A stretch of DNA of 64,000 nucleotides, taken from the NCBI GenBank assembly GCA_963845535.1, contig CAWJSK010000012.1, positions 512,001 through 576,000 of the forward strand, given 5' to 3'. The notes beneath the pieces are model-generated. The model was given only the letters and a program-made list of their open reading frames with translations, had not been told where the DNA came from and ran no database searches. Shown in pieces: positions 39,231 through 49,127 of this stretch. This DNA is from an uncultured Spirochaetota bacterium (lineage in GTDB: Bacteria > Spirochaetota > Spirochaetia > SZUA-6 > Fen-1364). A program made the translations under genes and the position numbers. Position 1 is the first letter of the stretch, and each line of letters starts with the position of its first letter.

Positions 39231-40049
39231 TTATCCTGCGAGGTTCTTGGCGAAAAACATCAGCAGGCGCGCAAATGAGTCCCGCGCCGCTTTCACGTTG
39301 TACCGGGGCCCATCATCGTTGAAGAAGGCATGGGTGGCCTCCGGGTAGATGTGATGCTCAAAAGACTTCTTTCCCTTGCGCATAGACTCTTCGAAGCCAG
39401 GTATTCCGGCGTTGACCCGCTGGTCCTTCTCTCCGTAGAACGCAATGACAGGGCACATAAGCTTTGCAACTTTCTCCGGAGAGGGCGAGCTCCCATAGTA
39501 GATGGCGCAGGCGGAAATCTCCGGCTCTTCGCACGCCAGGAGCGCGGAAAGCCCGCCACCCATGCAAAAGCCGACGCAACCCACCCGCTGACCCTTCGTT
39601 TCGGGGCGTTCCGAGCGCAGATAGCGGAAGGCCTGGCGCAGCTTGCCGGTCATGGCCTCCATGCGCGCAGGCGCGGTGGAGCCCCAGATCTGCCCGAAGC
39701 TTTCCCCGATCTGGCCGCGCTCCGGTTCTGGCAGCCTGGCAAGCTCCGCATCCCGCGCCGCGGCATCACCCATGGCGGTCGGCGGGAGCCTCCGCATGAA
39801 AGCCATGGCAGCCGCCACCCGTTCGCGGGTGAGCGCCGGCGGCCTCTGCCCCTGGACGCTGAACAGATCGGGGGCCAGCGCAACGTACCCGGCTGCCGCG
39901 ACCCGGCGGGTCACGTCCTCGATGTGCTCGTTGACTCCCATGATCTCCTGGATGACCACGACCGCCGGCAGGGGCGTCTCAGCCTGGGCAGGCAGCGCGA
40001 GATACCCCACCTCATCCCCATAGCGGACCCATTCGGCTCTTATCGCCAT
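39231..40049 (-). CDS. Dienelactone hydrolase family protein
   Basis: QEIMGVN, GFCMGG, HAFFND; SD GGAGG. Confidence 0.92.
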   Translation of the reverse strand: MAIRAEWVRYGDEVGYLALPAQAETPLPAVVVIQEIMGVNEHIEDVTRRVAAAGYVALAPDLFSVQGQRPPALTRERVAAAMAFMRRLPPTAMGDAAARDAELARLPEPERGQIGESFGQIWGSTAPARMEAMTGKLRQAFRYLRSERPETKGQRVGCVGFCMGGGLSALLACEEPEISACAIYYGSSPSPEKVAKLMCPVIAFYGEKDQRVNAGIPGFEESMRKGKKSFEHHIYPEATHAFFNDDGPRYNVKAARDSFARLLMFFAKNLAG

Positions 40050-40132
40050 TGCTTCCTCCTGTGTCTGAGAGACGGACGCAAGTATATACCACAAGGAGGA
40101 GGCTGATTGCGACTGCTAGACGGCCTGCCTCT

Positions 40133-40489
40133 TCAAGGCTTCTCCCGAAAAATCAGGACGTCCACCGGCGCATGATCCACAATGAAGCGCGCGGTGTGGC
40201 CGATGCTGGGAGGCCCTTGGAGCGGGTGGCCACGCGGCATCTCCCGGGCAAGGAGCGCAACCAGATCCGCGGCCAGCTCTCCTGACAGCGACACCACCAC
40301 CTGCTCCGGCCTCCCTCGCTCCAGCCGCGTGGCGGCAGGGATTCCCGCGCGCCCCGCTTCTTCGGCGGCTTCTTTGAGCGCCGCGCTGCCCGCATCCTCC
40401 TCCGCGGCGTCAAGCTCTCGTTGTTGCGCGTGGTGAAGGCGGGTGATGCCTTCCACCTCCTCTCCCGTCAGCACCGCCTCTGTCCACAA
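40133..40489 (-). CDS. Universal stress protein domain, 5' end uncertain or truncated
   Basis: GRPEQVVV...ADLV...IGHTARFIVDHAPVDVL is a USP C-terminal half; the first beta-strand is not seen in frame. Confidence 0.65.
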   Translation of the reverse strand: MWTEAVLTGEEVEGITRLHHAQQRELDAAEEDAGSAALKEAAEEAGRAGIPAATRLERGRPEQVVVSLSGELAADLVALLAREMPRGHPLQGPPSIGHTARFIVDHAPVDVLIFREKP

Positions 40490-40495
40490 ACAGCA

Positions 40496-41767
40496 CTACA
40501 AACGGGCCCATATCAGCACGGAGCCGAGCACAAGGAGCGCTGGGACGAATGTAACACCAAGCCTGAAGTACTGGCGCGTCGACACCTCCAACCCGCGCCG
40601 GCGAAGGATCACGAGCCAGAGCATCGTGGCAAGCGAGCCGACGGTCGTCAGGTTCGGACCGAGGTCCGCGCCGAACATGGCGGCATACGCAAGGGACTCA
40701 TGTCCGGGCGCCCCCGGCGGAAGGCCATGCAAGGCGGACGTCATCACAAGAGCCATGGGCACATTGTCGATGAGGTTGGACCCGACCGCGGTGCCGCCGG
40801 CCACAAGGAGCACGGCCGGCAGAGGCCTGCCGCCGGCCAGGCCCAGGAGCGCGCGGCCGAACTCCGCGGTGAGGCCAAGGTCCTCGACAGCCCGTACGAC
40901 AACGAACATTCCTCCGATGAAAACGAAAAGAGACCAGGAGATCTTCTTCGCAAGGGAGAGCGGCTGAAGGCGCCCCGTCAGGAGGGCCGCTGCAAGCATG
41001 AGGACAGCTCCTCCGAGGGCCACGCCGGAAAGCGGGACGCCCGTCAATGAGGCTCCGACATAGCCGACGGCAATGAGCGCGAGGATGCCGGTTGTGATTG
41101 CGAGGTAGCGGGTGTCAACGGCTTCTGGTGCATGCAGCGCGGACATCGCGTAATCCTGCCAGAGGTCCCGGCGGAAGAGCCACAGAAAGACAAGGCAGTT
41201 CAGGAGGACCGCTGCAACGCTGGGAAGCGCCAGGTAACGCAGGAAGGTCCCCAGTCCGCCGCCGAACGAATGCAGGATGAGGATGTTGATGGGGTTGCTG
41301 ACGGGAAGGATGAACGACGCGGTGTCCGCAATGAACGTACACGCGAACATGAACGGGAGAACGGGCAGGCGCAGCCGCGTGACCAGCGCGTAGACCACGG
41401 GCGTGAGGATCAAGGCGGTTGCGTCGTTGGAAAGAAAAGCGCTGATGACGGTGCCGACAAAGAAGATCGCACCATACAGCCGGACCGCGCTCCCCCTCCC
41501 CCACTTCGCCGCCTGGTAGGCCAGCGCTTCAAACACCCCTGCTTCCTCGGCGACCGCGGAGATGACCATGAGCCCCAGGAAAAACCCGAGCGTGTTCCAT
41601 TGGGCAAGCAGGACAAGGGCCGCCTCGCGGATGCCCACGAACCCGCCGAGGATCATAAGCAACGCGCCGCCGGCTGCCGCTACGGCCTCCGTCACCTTGT
41701 AGGGCCTGACCATGACGACCAGGATAGTGGCGAGAAAAATCACCCCGCAGAGGATCAGCCGCAGCAT
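40496..41767 (-). CDS. ArsB/NhaD (ion transporter superfamily) permease
   Basis: FLSNDATALILTP, FIADTASFILPVSNPIN, DNVP, GADLGPNLTTVGSLAT. Confidence 0.9.
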   Translation of the reverse strand: MLRLILCGVIFLATILVVMVRPYKVTEAVAAAGGALLMILGGFVGIREAALVLLAQWNTLGFFLGLMVISAVAEEAGVFEALAYQAAKWGRGSAVRLYGAIFFVGTVISAFLSNDATALILTPVVYALVTRLRLPVLPFMFACTFIADTASFILPVSNPINILILHSFGGGLGTFLRYLALPSVAAVLLNCLVFLWLFRRDLWQDYAMSALHAPEAVDTRYLAITTGILALIAVGYVGASLTGVPLSGVALGGAVLMLAAALLTGRLQPLSLAKKISWSLFVFIGGMFVVVRAVEDLGLTAEFGRALLGLAGGRPLPAVLLVAGGTAVGSNLIDNVPMALVMTSALHGLPPGAPGHESLAYAAMFGADLGPNLTTVGSLATMLWLVILRRRGLEVSTRQYFRLGVTFVPALLVLGSVLIWARL

Positions 41768-41970
41768 GGCTCTTACTCGTCCGCGGGGCCTGCGCGTACC
41801 AGGGCTTCACGCAGCGCGCGTCGCGCACCCGGAACCTTGAGCGGAGGCGGAAGAGTTGCCAATCGTCCCTGCGGTTTCATGAGAGCCCGCAACGAATATA
41901 CAAATGATCGCGAACGTTGGCGCGGCAGTCGAACCTCCGCTTGACGGTCCTTCGGCAAAGCGCCCATGAT

Positions 41971-42372
41971 ATGCCCGTGATCGAGGTAACTCCTTCACAG
42001 GCGAAACAACTGGACCTCCTCCGCACAAAGTACGACATCAAGCTGATTGTCGGGTTCGGCTCAAAGGTCAGGGGCAACGTCCACCAGTCAAGTGATCTTG
42101 ACGTCGGGGTTCTTTTCAACCGCGGGACGCTGACCATGAAGTGCCTGCAAGATCTGGAGGCAGTCTTTCCTTTGGAGGAAGTTGATCCCGCCTGCCTGAA
42201 CCGCGCAGACCCTCTTTTCCTCGGGCAGATCACCGCCCAATGCGCGTTGCTGTCCGGCACCGAGTCGGATTTCCATGAGTTCCGCTGCTACGCTTTCCAG
42301 CGCTACGCGGATTTCCTTCCGTACCTGGCGCTGGAAGCCACAACGAACTCTCGACGCCTGGAGACGTATTGA
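41971..42372 (+). CDS. mntA: Minimal nucleotidyltransferase antitoxin (MntA-like)
   Basis: FGS-x10-DLD (FGSKVRGNVHQSSDLDV), VD..LNRA; directly upstream of a HEPN gene. Confidence 0.82.
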   Translation: MPVIEVTPSQAKQLDLLRTKYDIKLIVGFGSKVRGNVHQSSDLDVGVLFNRGTLTMKCLQDLEAVFPLEEVDPACLNRADPLFLGQITAQCALLSGTESDFHEFRCYAFQRYADFLPYLALEATTNSRRLETY

Positions 42373-42373
42373 C

Positions 42374-42802
42374 ATGTCGGTCGACCGCTTGCTCGTCGAG
42401 CGCAAGATCGCTCTCATACTCGATGACCTTGATGAGGTGCGAAAACTGGCGAGTCTCAGCGTGGGTGACTTTCTGGCGGAAGCTACCAACGAAGTCCTCG
42501 CGGAGAGATACCTCGAGCGGATTGCCGGTCGACTCATCGACATCAACTTTCACCTCTCGGCCGAATTGCTCTCAGTCACTCCTCACGACTACAGGGATTC
42601 CTTCCTTCAGGTGGCGAGGACCGGAATCGTGACCCTTGAGAAGGCGAAGCGCTACGCCGGCCTGGCCGGTCTCAGGAACAGGCTCGTCCACGAGTACAAC
42701 GGGATTGACGAAAAGCTCATTCATCAGGCGCTCTCACGGGTGGTTATCGATATTCCGTCCTACCTGACCGCGATTCGGGAGCACCTCGACCGGCAAAAGT
42801 AG
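42374..42802 (+). CDS. hepT: HEPN/DUF86 ribonuclease toxin (HepT-like)
   Basis: RNRLVHEY matches Rx4HxY. Confidence 0.88.
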   Translation: MSVDRLLVERKIALILDDLDEVRKLASLSVGDFLAEATNEVLAERYLERIAGRLIDINFHLSAELLSVTPHDYRDSFLQVARTGIVTLEKAKRYAGLAGLRNRLVHEYNGIDEKLIHQALSRVVIDIPSYLTAIREHLDRQK

Positions 42803-42906
42803 CTGCTCGCCGGATCTGCAAGGGTTCCTGCTGAAAATCGCTTCCCTGCGCAAGAACCGGGTGGTTCCCCCCTCACCGCTCCTGTAACCTTGAGCATGAG
42901 GAGCAG

Positions 42907-43209
42907 ATGATGCGCAACAACACGACATTCACGCTGGCCAAAGGCGAGCTTGTTTCTTTCCGATCCCGGACGCGGCCCCTGAAGATTACGTGCCTGTCGG
43001 GCCAAATCTGGGCAACCATCGACGGAAGCCCCACGGACTACCTTTTCGGGCCCGGCCAATCCGCGAGCTTCGACCGCGGAGGCGCCGTGGTCATCCAGGC
43101 GCTCAGGGTTGCGGAAGTGCGCGCGGAGCGGGCGCGGCACACCGAGGCGCTGGCGGACTATCCCCCCGGCTCGAGGACGATATCGAACACTCCCGTTGCC
43201 GTGCCCTGA
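42907..43209 (+). CDS. DUF2917 family small cupin-like protein
   Basis: ITCLSGQIWATIDGSPTDYLFGPGQ...VVIQAL. Confidence 0.75.
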   Translation: MMRNNTTFTLAKGELVSFRSRTRPLKITCLSGQIWATIDGSPTDYLFGPGQSASFDRGGAVVIQALRVAEVRAERARHTEALADYPPGSRTISNTPVAVP

Positions 43210-43622
43210 TGCGGAAAGCACTCGGTCTGGATGGGGAGGAAACCGTCCGCGGCAATCCTCATGTGGATGTGGGGAGGGCGGCCGGTGGATGGGGACGGGA
43301 AGGGACTCTGGAACCTGTAGTGGCCGCTCTTGTCGGCCACCACGGTGCCCGAGTAATGGTCCGAATATCCGTCAGGCCCTGCCAGCCAAAGCTCGACGGT
43401 GGCGCCCGGAATGGGCTGGCAGTCTCCCGAAGCGCGGACGGTGCCCGTGAGAACGTAGCCCGCTCCCACGCTCGACCGCATGGGAGCCTCAGGCTTGTAG
43501 GAAGCGTCCAGATGCTCACCCTCGGTGGCAGTGCACTCCGCTGCAAGAGAGCCCGCGGAGAAGAGAAGGAAAACCAGGCCGGCAAAAATCAGAAACACCC
43601 TGTTCATGTCGGCAATCTTCAC
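43158..43622 (-). CDS. Exported intradiol ring-cleavage dioxygenase-fold protein
   Basis: Signal peptide; LTGTV...CQPIPGATVELW, G.YRF, GRPPHIH; GTGA coupling to the upstream gene. Confidence 0.78.
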   Translation of the reverse strand: MKIADMNRVFLIFAGLVFLLFSAGSLAAECTATEGEHLDASYKPEAPMRSSVGAGYVLTGTVRASGDCQPIPGATVELWLAGPDGYSDHYSGTVVADKSGHYRFQSPFPSPSTGRPPHIHMRIAADGFLPIQTECFPHQGTATGVFDIVLEPGG

Positions 43623-44476
43623 AGAGTCACCTCCACCCCGATATTCCATGGATCACGAAAACGAAGCACCCCGTCCGCAAGCGCGGCCTCCACCCCGGCG
43701 TCCTTCAACCACCCGGAAAGCCTTCCCTGCTCCTTCGCGTTCGGCGCCTTGATGACGAACGACTCGAGCCCGGATGATCCCGGCGGAGCCGGTGGCGCGC
43801 CTCGGGAGCTCCAGCTGTTTAATCCCAGGTGGTGGTGGTAGCCTCCGGCGCTCACGAACGCCGCTCCCTGCCAGGCGGAAACGATGTCGAAGCCGAGGAT
43901 GCCATGGTAGAACTCGACGGCCTTCCGCACGTCCGAGACTTGAAGATGCACGTGGCCGATGCGCGTCCCAGCCGGCAGCGCGTCCGGCGCCTCCGCTTCA
44001 TTCTCCCCATCCCGAAGCAGGTCCCCAAGGTCCAGCCGCTCGGTTGCCATCTTCACTGTGCCGTCCTCCCATCTCCACTGGTCCCGCGGCCTGTCGCGGT
44101 AGACCTCGATCCCGTTGCCGTCCGGGTCTGAGAGATACAAGGCTTCGCTGACGAGATGGTCGGCCTCGCCAATCCGGACTTCCGCCTTTGCAAGCCGGCG
44201 AAGCACGCGGCCCAGGGCAGGACGGGTGGGCACCAAGACGGCGAAGTGATAGAGGCCGGACGCGTGGCGCGCCGGACGCGCCCCCGGAGTCTCCTTCAGG
44301 ATGACGATGGGCGAACCGTCTCCGCCTGAAGCGCCGAGGGCCGGCATGCCCGCGCCGACGGGAACGAACCCGAGCGCCTCCTGATAGAAGCGGACCGAAC
44401 GCGCGGCATCAGCAACGCGGATTGTCACGGGCCCCAGCGTCGTCGCCGGGTGGAGGGAATGAGCGGCTGTTTTCAC
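43619..44476 (-). CDS. VOC family protein, catechol 2,3-dioxygenase CatE-like
   Basis: GLYHFAVL, DHLVSEALYLSDPDGNGIEVY.DRP, GHVHL, GGYHHHLGLNSW. True start may be ATG 44508 if one base is missing. Confidence 0.88.
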   Translation of the reverse strand: MKTAAHSLHPATTLGPVTIRVADAARSVRFYQEALGFVPVGAGMPALGASGGDGSPIVILKETPGARPARHASGLYHFAVLVPTRPALGRVLRRLAKAEVRIGEADHLVSEALYLSDPDGNGIEVYRDRPRDQWRWEDGTVKMATERLDLGDLLRDGENEAEAPDALPAGTRIGHVHLQVSDVRKAVEFYHGILGFDIVSAWQGAAFVSAGGYHHHLGLNSWSSRGAPPAPPGSSGLESFVIKAPNAKEQGRLSGWLKDAGVEAALADGVLRFRDPWNIGVEVTL

Positions 44477-44569
44477 GGCCGCGGTGTTGGTTGTATTCGT
44501 TGTATCATTGTACGCCCCTGCGATCCTCAATATACTCACACTAATATACTCACCCGGAAGGGGCGCGAC

Positions 44570-47112
44570 GTGCGGATACGATTCTCCTTGGTTGTTCTCC
44601 TTGCTGCCAGCGCGGCTTCCCTGGCCGCACAGGAGCCTCCGAAAGGGCCCATCGTCGACAGGGTGCTGTTCGACGTTCGCATGCGGGAAGACATAGGCCT
44701 GAAAGATGCCGCAGAAGGCAGGACTGACCTTTTCCTGTATCCCGTCCAGGGAAACACATTCAGGTCTCTCCCCGCGGACACGCAAAGAAAGCTCGACGTG
44801 TACAACGTCCCCTCGGGGAGCTGGTCCCTCATGATCAACCCCATTCCTAACAAGGCGCCGTACACGGTCACCGTCGACGGCGTTGAGTACTTCAACCCTT
44901 TTGCCATCCGCGAGGTGCGTTACGCGCTCAACTTCCTCATCAACAGGAAGTATATCGTGGATGAAATTCTGGGGGCGCCGGCGGTCCAATGTTCACCATG
45001 GCAACTCCGGGCCAACCGGGCACGTATCGCTACAATCTCATCCCGGTGAAGCTCGGAATGACGGCGGCAGGAAACGAAAAAAAGGCCATCCAGGACATCG
45101 CCGCCGCGTTGGAGAAAGCGGCCGGGCTTCCCGCTCTCCAGGGGAAGCTCGTCAAAGGAGAGAAGTTCTGGCAGTGGAACGGCGCGGACCTCACGGTGAA
45201 GATCCTCATCAGGGTGGACGAGCCCAACGGCCGACTGAAGGAAGGCCGATACATCGCGGACCAGATTGAAAAGGCGGGCATCCGGGTGGAAAGGCTTGAA
45301 TGGGACAGGGCAAAATGCGTCCAGGTGGCGTACAAGGATGACCCTGCCCGCTACGAGTGGAACATCTACACCGAGGGCTGGGGCGCTGGAGACACCCGCC
45401 AGTACTGGGACAACGTCGTCTCCCAGTGGTACGCGCCCTGGCAGGGCCACCAGGCCGGCGGCACTGATCCTCATTTCTGGAGATACACGAATCCTGAGTT
45501 GGATTCGCTCACCCGCGGGATCGAGAACGGCCAGTTCAAGGACGCTCACGAATACTGGGACGCCATCCTTCGGGCAACGGAGCTCGGCCTTACGGAGGCC
45601 ACCCGGATCCAGATCTCCTGTAAGTCGCAGCTGTTCGCCGCCAACAAGGCGCGGTTCAACCGGCGGATGGTTTACGGGCTTGGGGATGGGCTCGACGCGT
45701 GGTCACTGGTCACCGCGGACGTCAAACCTGACGCAACGGGAGAGAAGGTGCTGCGCGTCACTCAGCCGTCCGAGCACAGGTCCCTTTTCACGAGCGCATG
45801 GGACCCCGTTGGTGTGGACGGCTTCAAGGACATGTACAGCCTTTTCATCTCCACCCCCACGGTGGACAGAGCCACCTTTGTGACTCCCAACGCGGCGGCG
45901 GACGCGCCCTTGCGGGCGAGCTGGCGGGACGTGCTGACAAAGGTGAGCATAGGGACAGACGACAAAGGCCTGCCTGCCGTGGATGGCGGCGTCCCCGTGC
46001 CGGCTGACGCAATCGTGTATGACCCGAGGCAGTCCGCCTGGGTACCCGTAGGGCCTGGCGTGAGCTCCTTCAGCAAAGCCACCTATGTCTATGCGTGGGG
46101 GAAATGGCATGACGGCGTGCCCATCGGCATTGCCGACATCATGTACGCCCAGGCATTCATCTGGAAATGGACCACGAAAGTCGGGGACAAGGACAAGTAC
46201 TACGATGCCGGCTACGAAAGCGTGATGAGGCCCGCGCAGGACATCATCAAGGGCATTGTCGTGAACCCGGACAAGAGCATCACGGTCTACTACAACTTCA
46301 ACCACATGGACCCCGACCATATTGGCGCATCCGGCGCGCTGTACACGTCCGTCAGCGCGTCAGGGCGGCCGGTCAATTGTTCGTGGGAAATCGTGGAAGC
46401 GCTGGCCAAAATGGTCGCTGAAGGCGGAAAGTCCGGCACAGCCTGGAGCTTCTCTTCGGATCCCGCCTATACGGAAGTGGACGTGCTGGCCCCGACCTGC
46501 CTGGCCGACATCACGGCCAAGCTCCAGGAGCTCATCGACACTTCGTACGTGCCGGAGTCCATAAGGCAATTCACGACCCCCGAAGAGTGCATTGCCCGCT
46601 ACAAGGCTGCCATTGCCTGGATTGACGCTCATCATAACGCCTACATCAACAACGGTCCTTTCTTCATCAACGCCGTGGACCTCGCCTCGAACTTCGTCGA
46701 GCTGAAGGCTTTTCGAGATCCCTCCTACCCCTTCGAGGCAGGCTATTGGAACCGGTATTTCCGGATGGCAACGACGAGAATCGACTCCGTTACGCCTCCT
46801 CCCATTGCGCTGCGCGGCAAGCCGCTTGCCGTTGCCGTCAGGGTTTCCACCGTTGAGTACCCTGACAACGCCGCAACGCCCACCGATGCCACCGCGCACG
46901 TCAGGCTGACCCTAACCCTTCCCGGGGCTCCCGGGTCTTCCGGCGATGAGAAGACGTACAACGGAATCTTTGTGAGGCCGGGGCAATACTCCGTTATCAT
47001 TCCCGCCGCGGACACGAAAGCCTTTGCCGCCGGGACATATACGATCATCGCGGAGTCGCGGCTGCGCGCGGAGACACCGTCGGTTGAACCCTCCGCCATC
47101 GTCCTGTTCTGA
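44570..47112 (+). CDS. Family 5 (peptide/nickel/oligosaccharide) ABC substrate-binding protein; frameshifted at about 44971-44975
   Basis: Signal peptide and NPFAIREVRYALNFLINR..IVDEIL in one frame, GGAGGPMFT onward in the next; KWHDG.PI..AD and NGPF motifs. Confidence 0.85.
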
Positions 47113-47173
47113 AGGGACGTCATGTGCCAGGCCGCGCGCAGGCGCTGGAAAGAAATATGATGGAGGTTCTCTC

Positions 47174-47527
47174 ATGGACAAGCTGGAAGAGATCACTCAG
47201 AAGCGTAAAGCAGCCCATCAGAGGCTCGTGTCGCTGGGCTCCAAGGTCTACAAGGGATTTCTGGAGATGGAACGGGCCACGTACTCGGACGGCGCGCTCC
47301 CCCGCAGGGTCAAGGAGCTGATCGCCGTGGGGATCGCCGTGCAGACCAACTGTGAATCCTGCATGCAGTGGCACATCGAGCAGGCCGCATCGTGTGGTGC
47401 ACCCTTCACGGAAGTCCTGGAAGCCGTGGAAGTTGGGATCGAAATGGGCGGCGGCCCTGCCACCGTCTCCGCCCGCTTCGCGCTGGAGGTCATGGCGAAG
47501 GTCTTCCGGCAGGGAGCCGGCGCATGA
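47174..47527 (+). CDS. Carboxymuconolactone decarboxylase / AhpD-like protein
   Basis: KELIAVGIAV...CESCMQWH...GGGP. Confidence 0.9.
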   Translation: MDKLEEITQKRKAAHQRLVSLGSKVYKGFLEMERATYSDGALPRRVKELIAVGIAVQTNCESCMQWHIEQAASCGAPFTEVLEAVEVGIEMGGGPATVSARFALEVMAKVFRQGAGA

Positions 47528-48327
47528 GCCCTCAGCAGGGATATCGCTGGGACGCGGAAGGGTATGCGCGCAATTCGGCGGCCCAGTTCCAATGGGCGCT
47601 GGAGCTGATCGGCAAGCTCGACCTGAAAGGGGACGAGCGGATCCTCGACATCGGATGCGGGGACGGGAAAGTCACGGCAGAGCTTGCCCGCCGCGCGCCG
47701 CGCGGAGAAGTGGTCGGCGTGGACAGCTCGGACGACATGGTGAGAAAGGCGCGCGCCGTCTTTCCCGCATCGTCCAACACCGGCGTGACCTTCCTCCGGA
47801 TGGACGCGCGCGAGCTTTCCTTCCCGGACCCTTTCGACGTGGCGTTCTCCAACGCCGTTCTCCAATGGATCAAGGACCACTCATCCATGCTGCGCGGCGT
47901 CGCCGGATGCCTGAAGTCGGGCGGACGGCTCCTCTTCCAGATGGGAGGCAAAGGAAACGGAGAAGAGATCTTTTCCGTTGCCGCGGAGATCATTCGAAGC
48001 GACCCCTGGCAGGAGCACTTTCGAGGGTTCGAGTTTCCCTGGGGGTTCTACGGGCCGCAGGAATACGCGGGCTGGCTGGCGAAAGCGGGCCTTGAAGCGC
48101 AACGGATAGAGCTCATCCCGCGCGACATGAAACAGAACGGAAGAGAAGGTCTCCTGGGCTGGGTAAGGACCACATGGATGCCGTTCACGGAGAGGCTTCC
48201 CCCGGACATGCATGAGCGCTTCCTTGCGGAAGTAGCGGATCGATATCTCGCCATCCACCCGCTTACGCCGCAGGGAGAGGCAGTTGTGCGCATGGTGCGG
48301 CTGGAAGTCGAAGCCGTCAAGAAATAG
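47524..48327 (+). CDS. Class I SAM-dependent methyltransferase (trans-aconitate methyltransferase-like)
   Basis: ILDIGCGDG, GVDSS..M, FSNAVLQW. Confidence 0.9.
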   Translation: MSPQQGYRWDAEGYARNSAAQFQWALELIGKLDLKGDERILDIGCGDGKVTAELARRAPRGEVVGVDSSDDMVRKARAVFPASSNTGVTFLRMDARELSFPDPFDVAFSNAVLQWIKDHSSMLRGVAGCLKSGGRLLFQMGGKGNGEEIFSVAAEIIRSDPWQEHFRGFEFPWGFYGPQEYAGWLAKAGLEAQRIELIPRDMKQNGREGLLGWVRTTWMPFTERLPPDMHERFLAEVADRYLAIHPLTPQGEAVVRMVRLEVEAVKK

Positions 48328-48343
48328 CGCACGAGGCCCGCGA

Positions 48344-49117
48344 ATGGAAATCCTCTGCACAAACGATGACGGAGTGATGTCACCTGGCCTTGCGGCGGCA
48401 GTCCGGGCCGCCAGCAATTTCGGGAACGTCTGGGTTGCCGCGCCGTCGAGCCAGAAGACCGGCGCAGGCCGGAGCCTGATTGGCGACAGGACAAAGCCTT
48501 TTTCGACCGTCGATTTGCGCGTCGGCGCGGACACGATCACCGCGTTCCACAGGGAAGCCACGCCCGCAATGGTGGTCCGGCATGCGTTTTACACCGTGCT
48601 GCATGACGTGAAGATCGACCTCGCCATATCCGGAATCAATTACGGTGAAAACATCGGGTATGACATCGGCAACTCAGGGACCGTCGGTGCTGCCATGGAA
48701 TGCGCCACGCGAGAGGTCCCCGCGATAGCCGTTTCAATGCAGACCGAAGTCACGGGACACCGTAGCTACGGAGACGTCGATTGGGCCGCGGCACAGTTCT
48801 TCCTCGGAGAGTCGATACGCAGGTTCATCGAAAAAGGCGGGTTCCACGGCTTCGACGTCCTGAAGCTGGACGTGCCCATGGGCGCTGATGAACGAACCGA
48901 ATGGAAGGTGTGCGCCCTCCACCGAAACCCATACTACCTGGCGCGAATAAGCAAACACTCACCTGATGCCATGGTGGCCGAAACGAGCCTGTACCTGGAT
49001 GAGTCCAGCTACATGCCGGGGACGGATGCGTATGTCCTGATCAAGGAGAAAAAAGTTGCCGTTGTGCCGCTCCTCCTCGACTGGAGCGCCGCCGGCACGG
49101 GAGACTACTTCACCTGA
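48344..49117 (+). CDS. surE: 5'/3'-nucleotidase SurE
   Basis: TNDDG, SGINYGEN, SGTVGAAME. Confidence 0.92.
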   Translation: MEILCTNDDGVMSPGLAAAVRAASNFGNVWVAAPSSQKTGAGRSLIGDRTKPFSTVDLRVGADTITAFHREATPAMVVRHAFYTVLHDVKIDLAISGINYGENIGYDIGNSGTVGAAMECATREVPAIAVSMQTEVTGHRSYGDVDWAAAQFFLGESIRRFIEKGGFHGFDVLKLDVPMGADERTEWKVCALHRNPYYLARISKHSPDAMVAETSLYLDESSYMPGTDAYVLIKEKKVAVVPLLLDWSAAGTGDYFT

Positions 49118-49127
49118 GGTGGATTCT

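Noticed and set aside
41773..41880. Possible riboswitch or leader peptide upstream of the ArsB/NhaD permease
   Set aside because: Only generic GC-rich hairpins; no match to the fluoride or nhaA motifs as I recall them. An Infernal scan would settle it.
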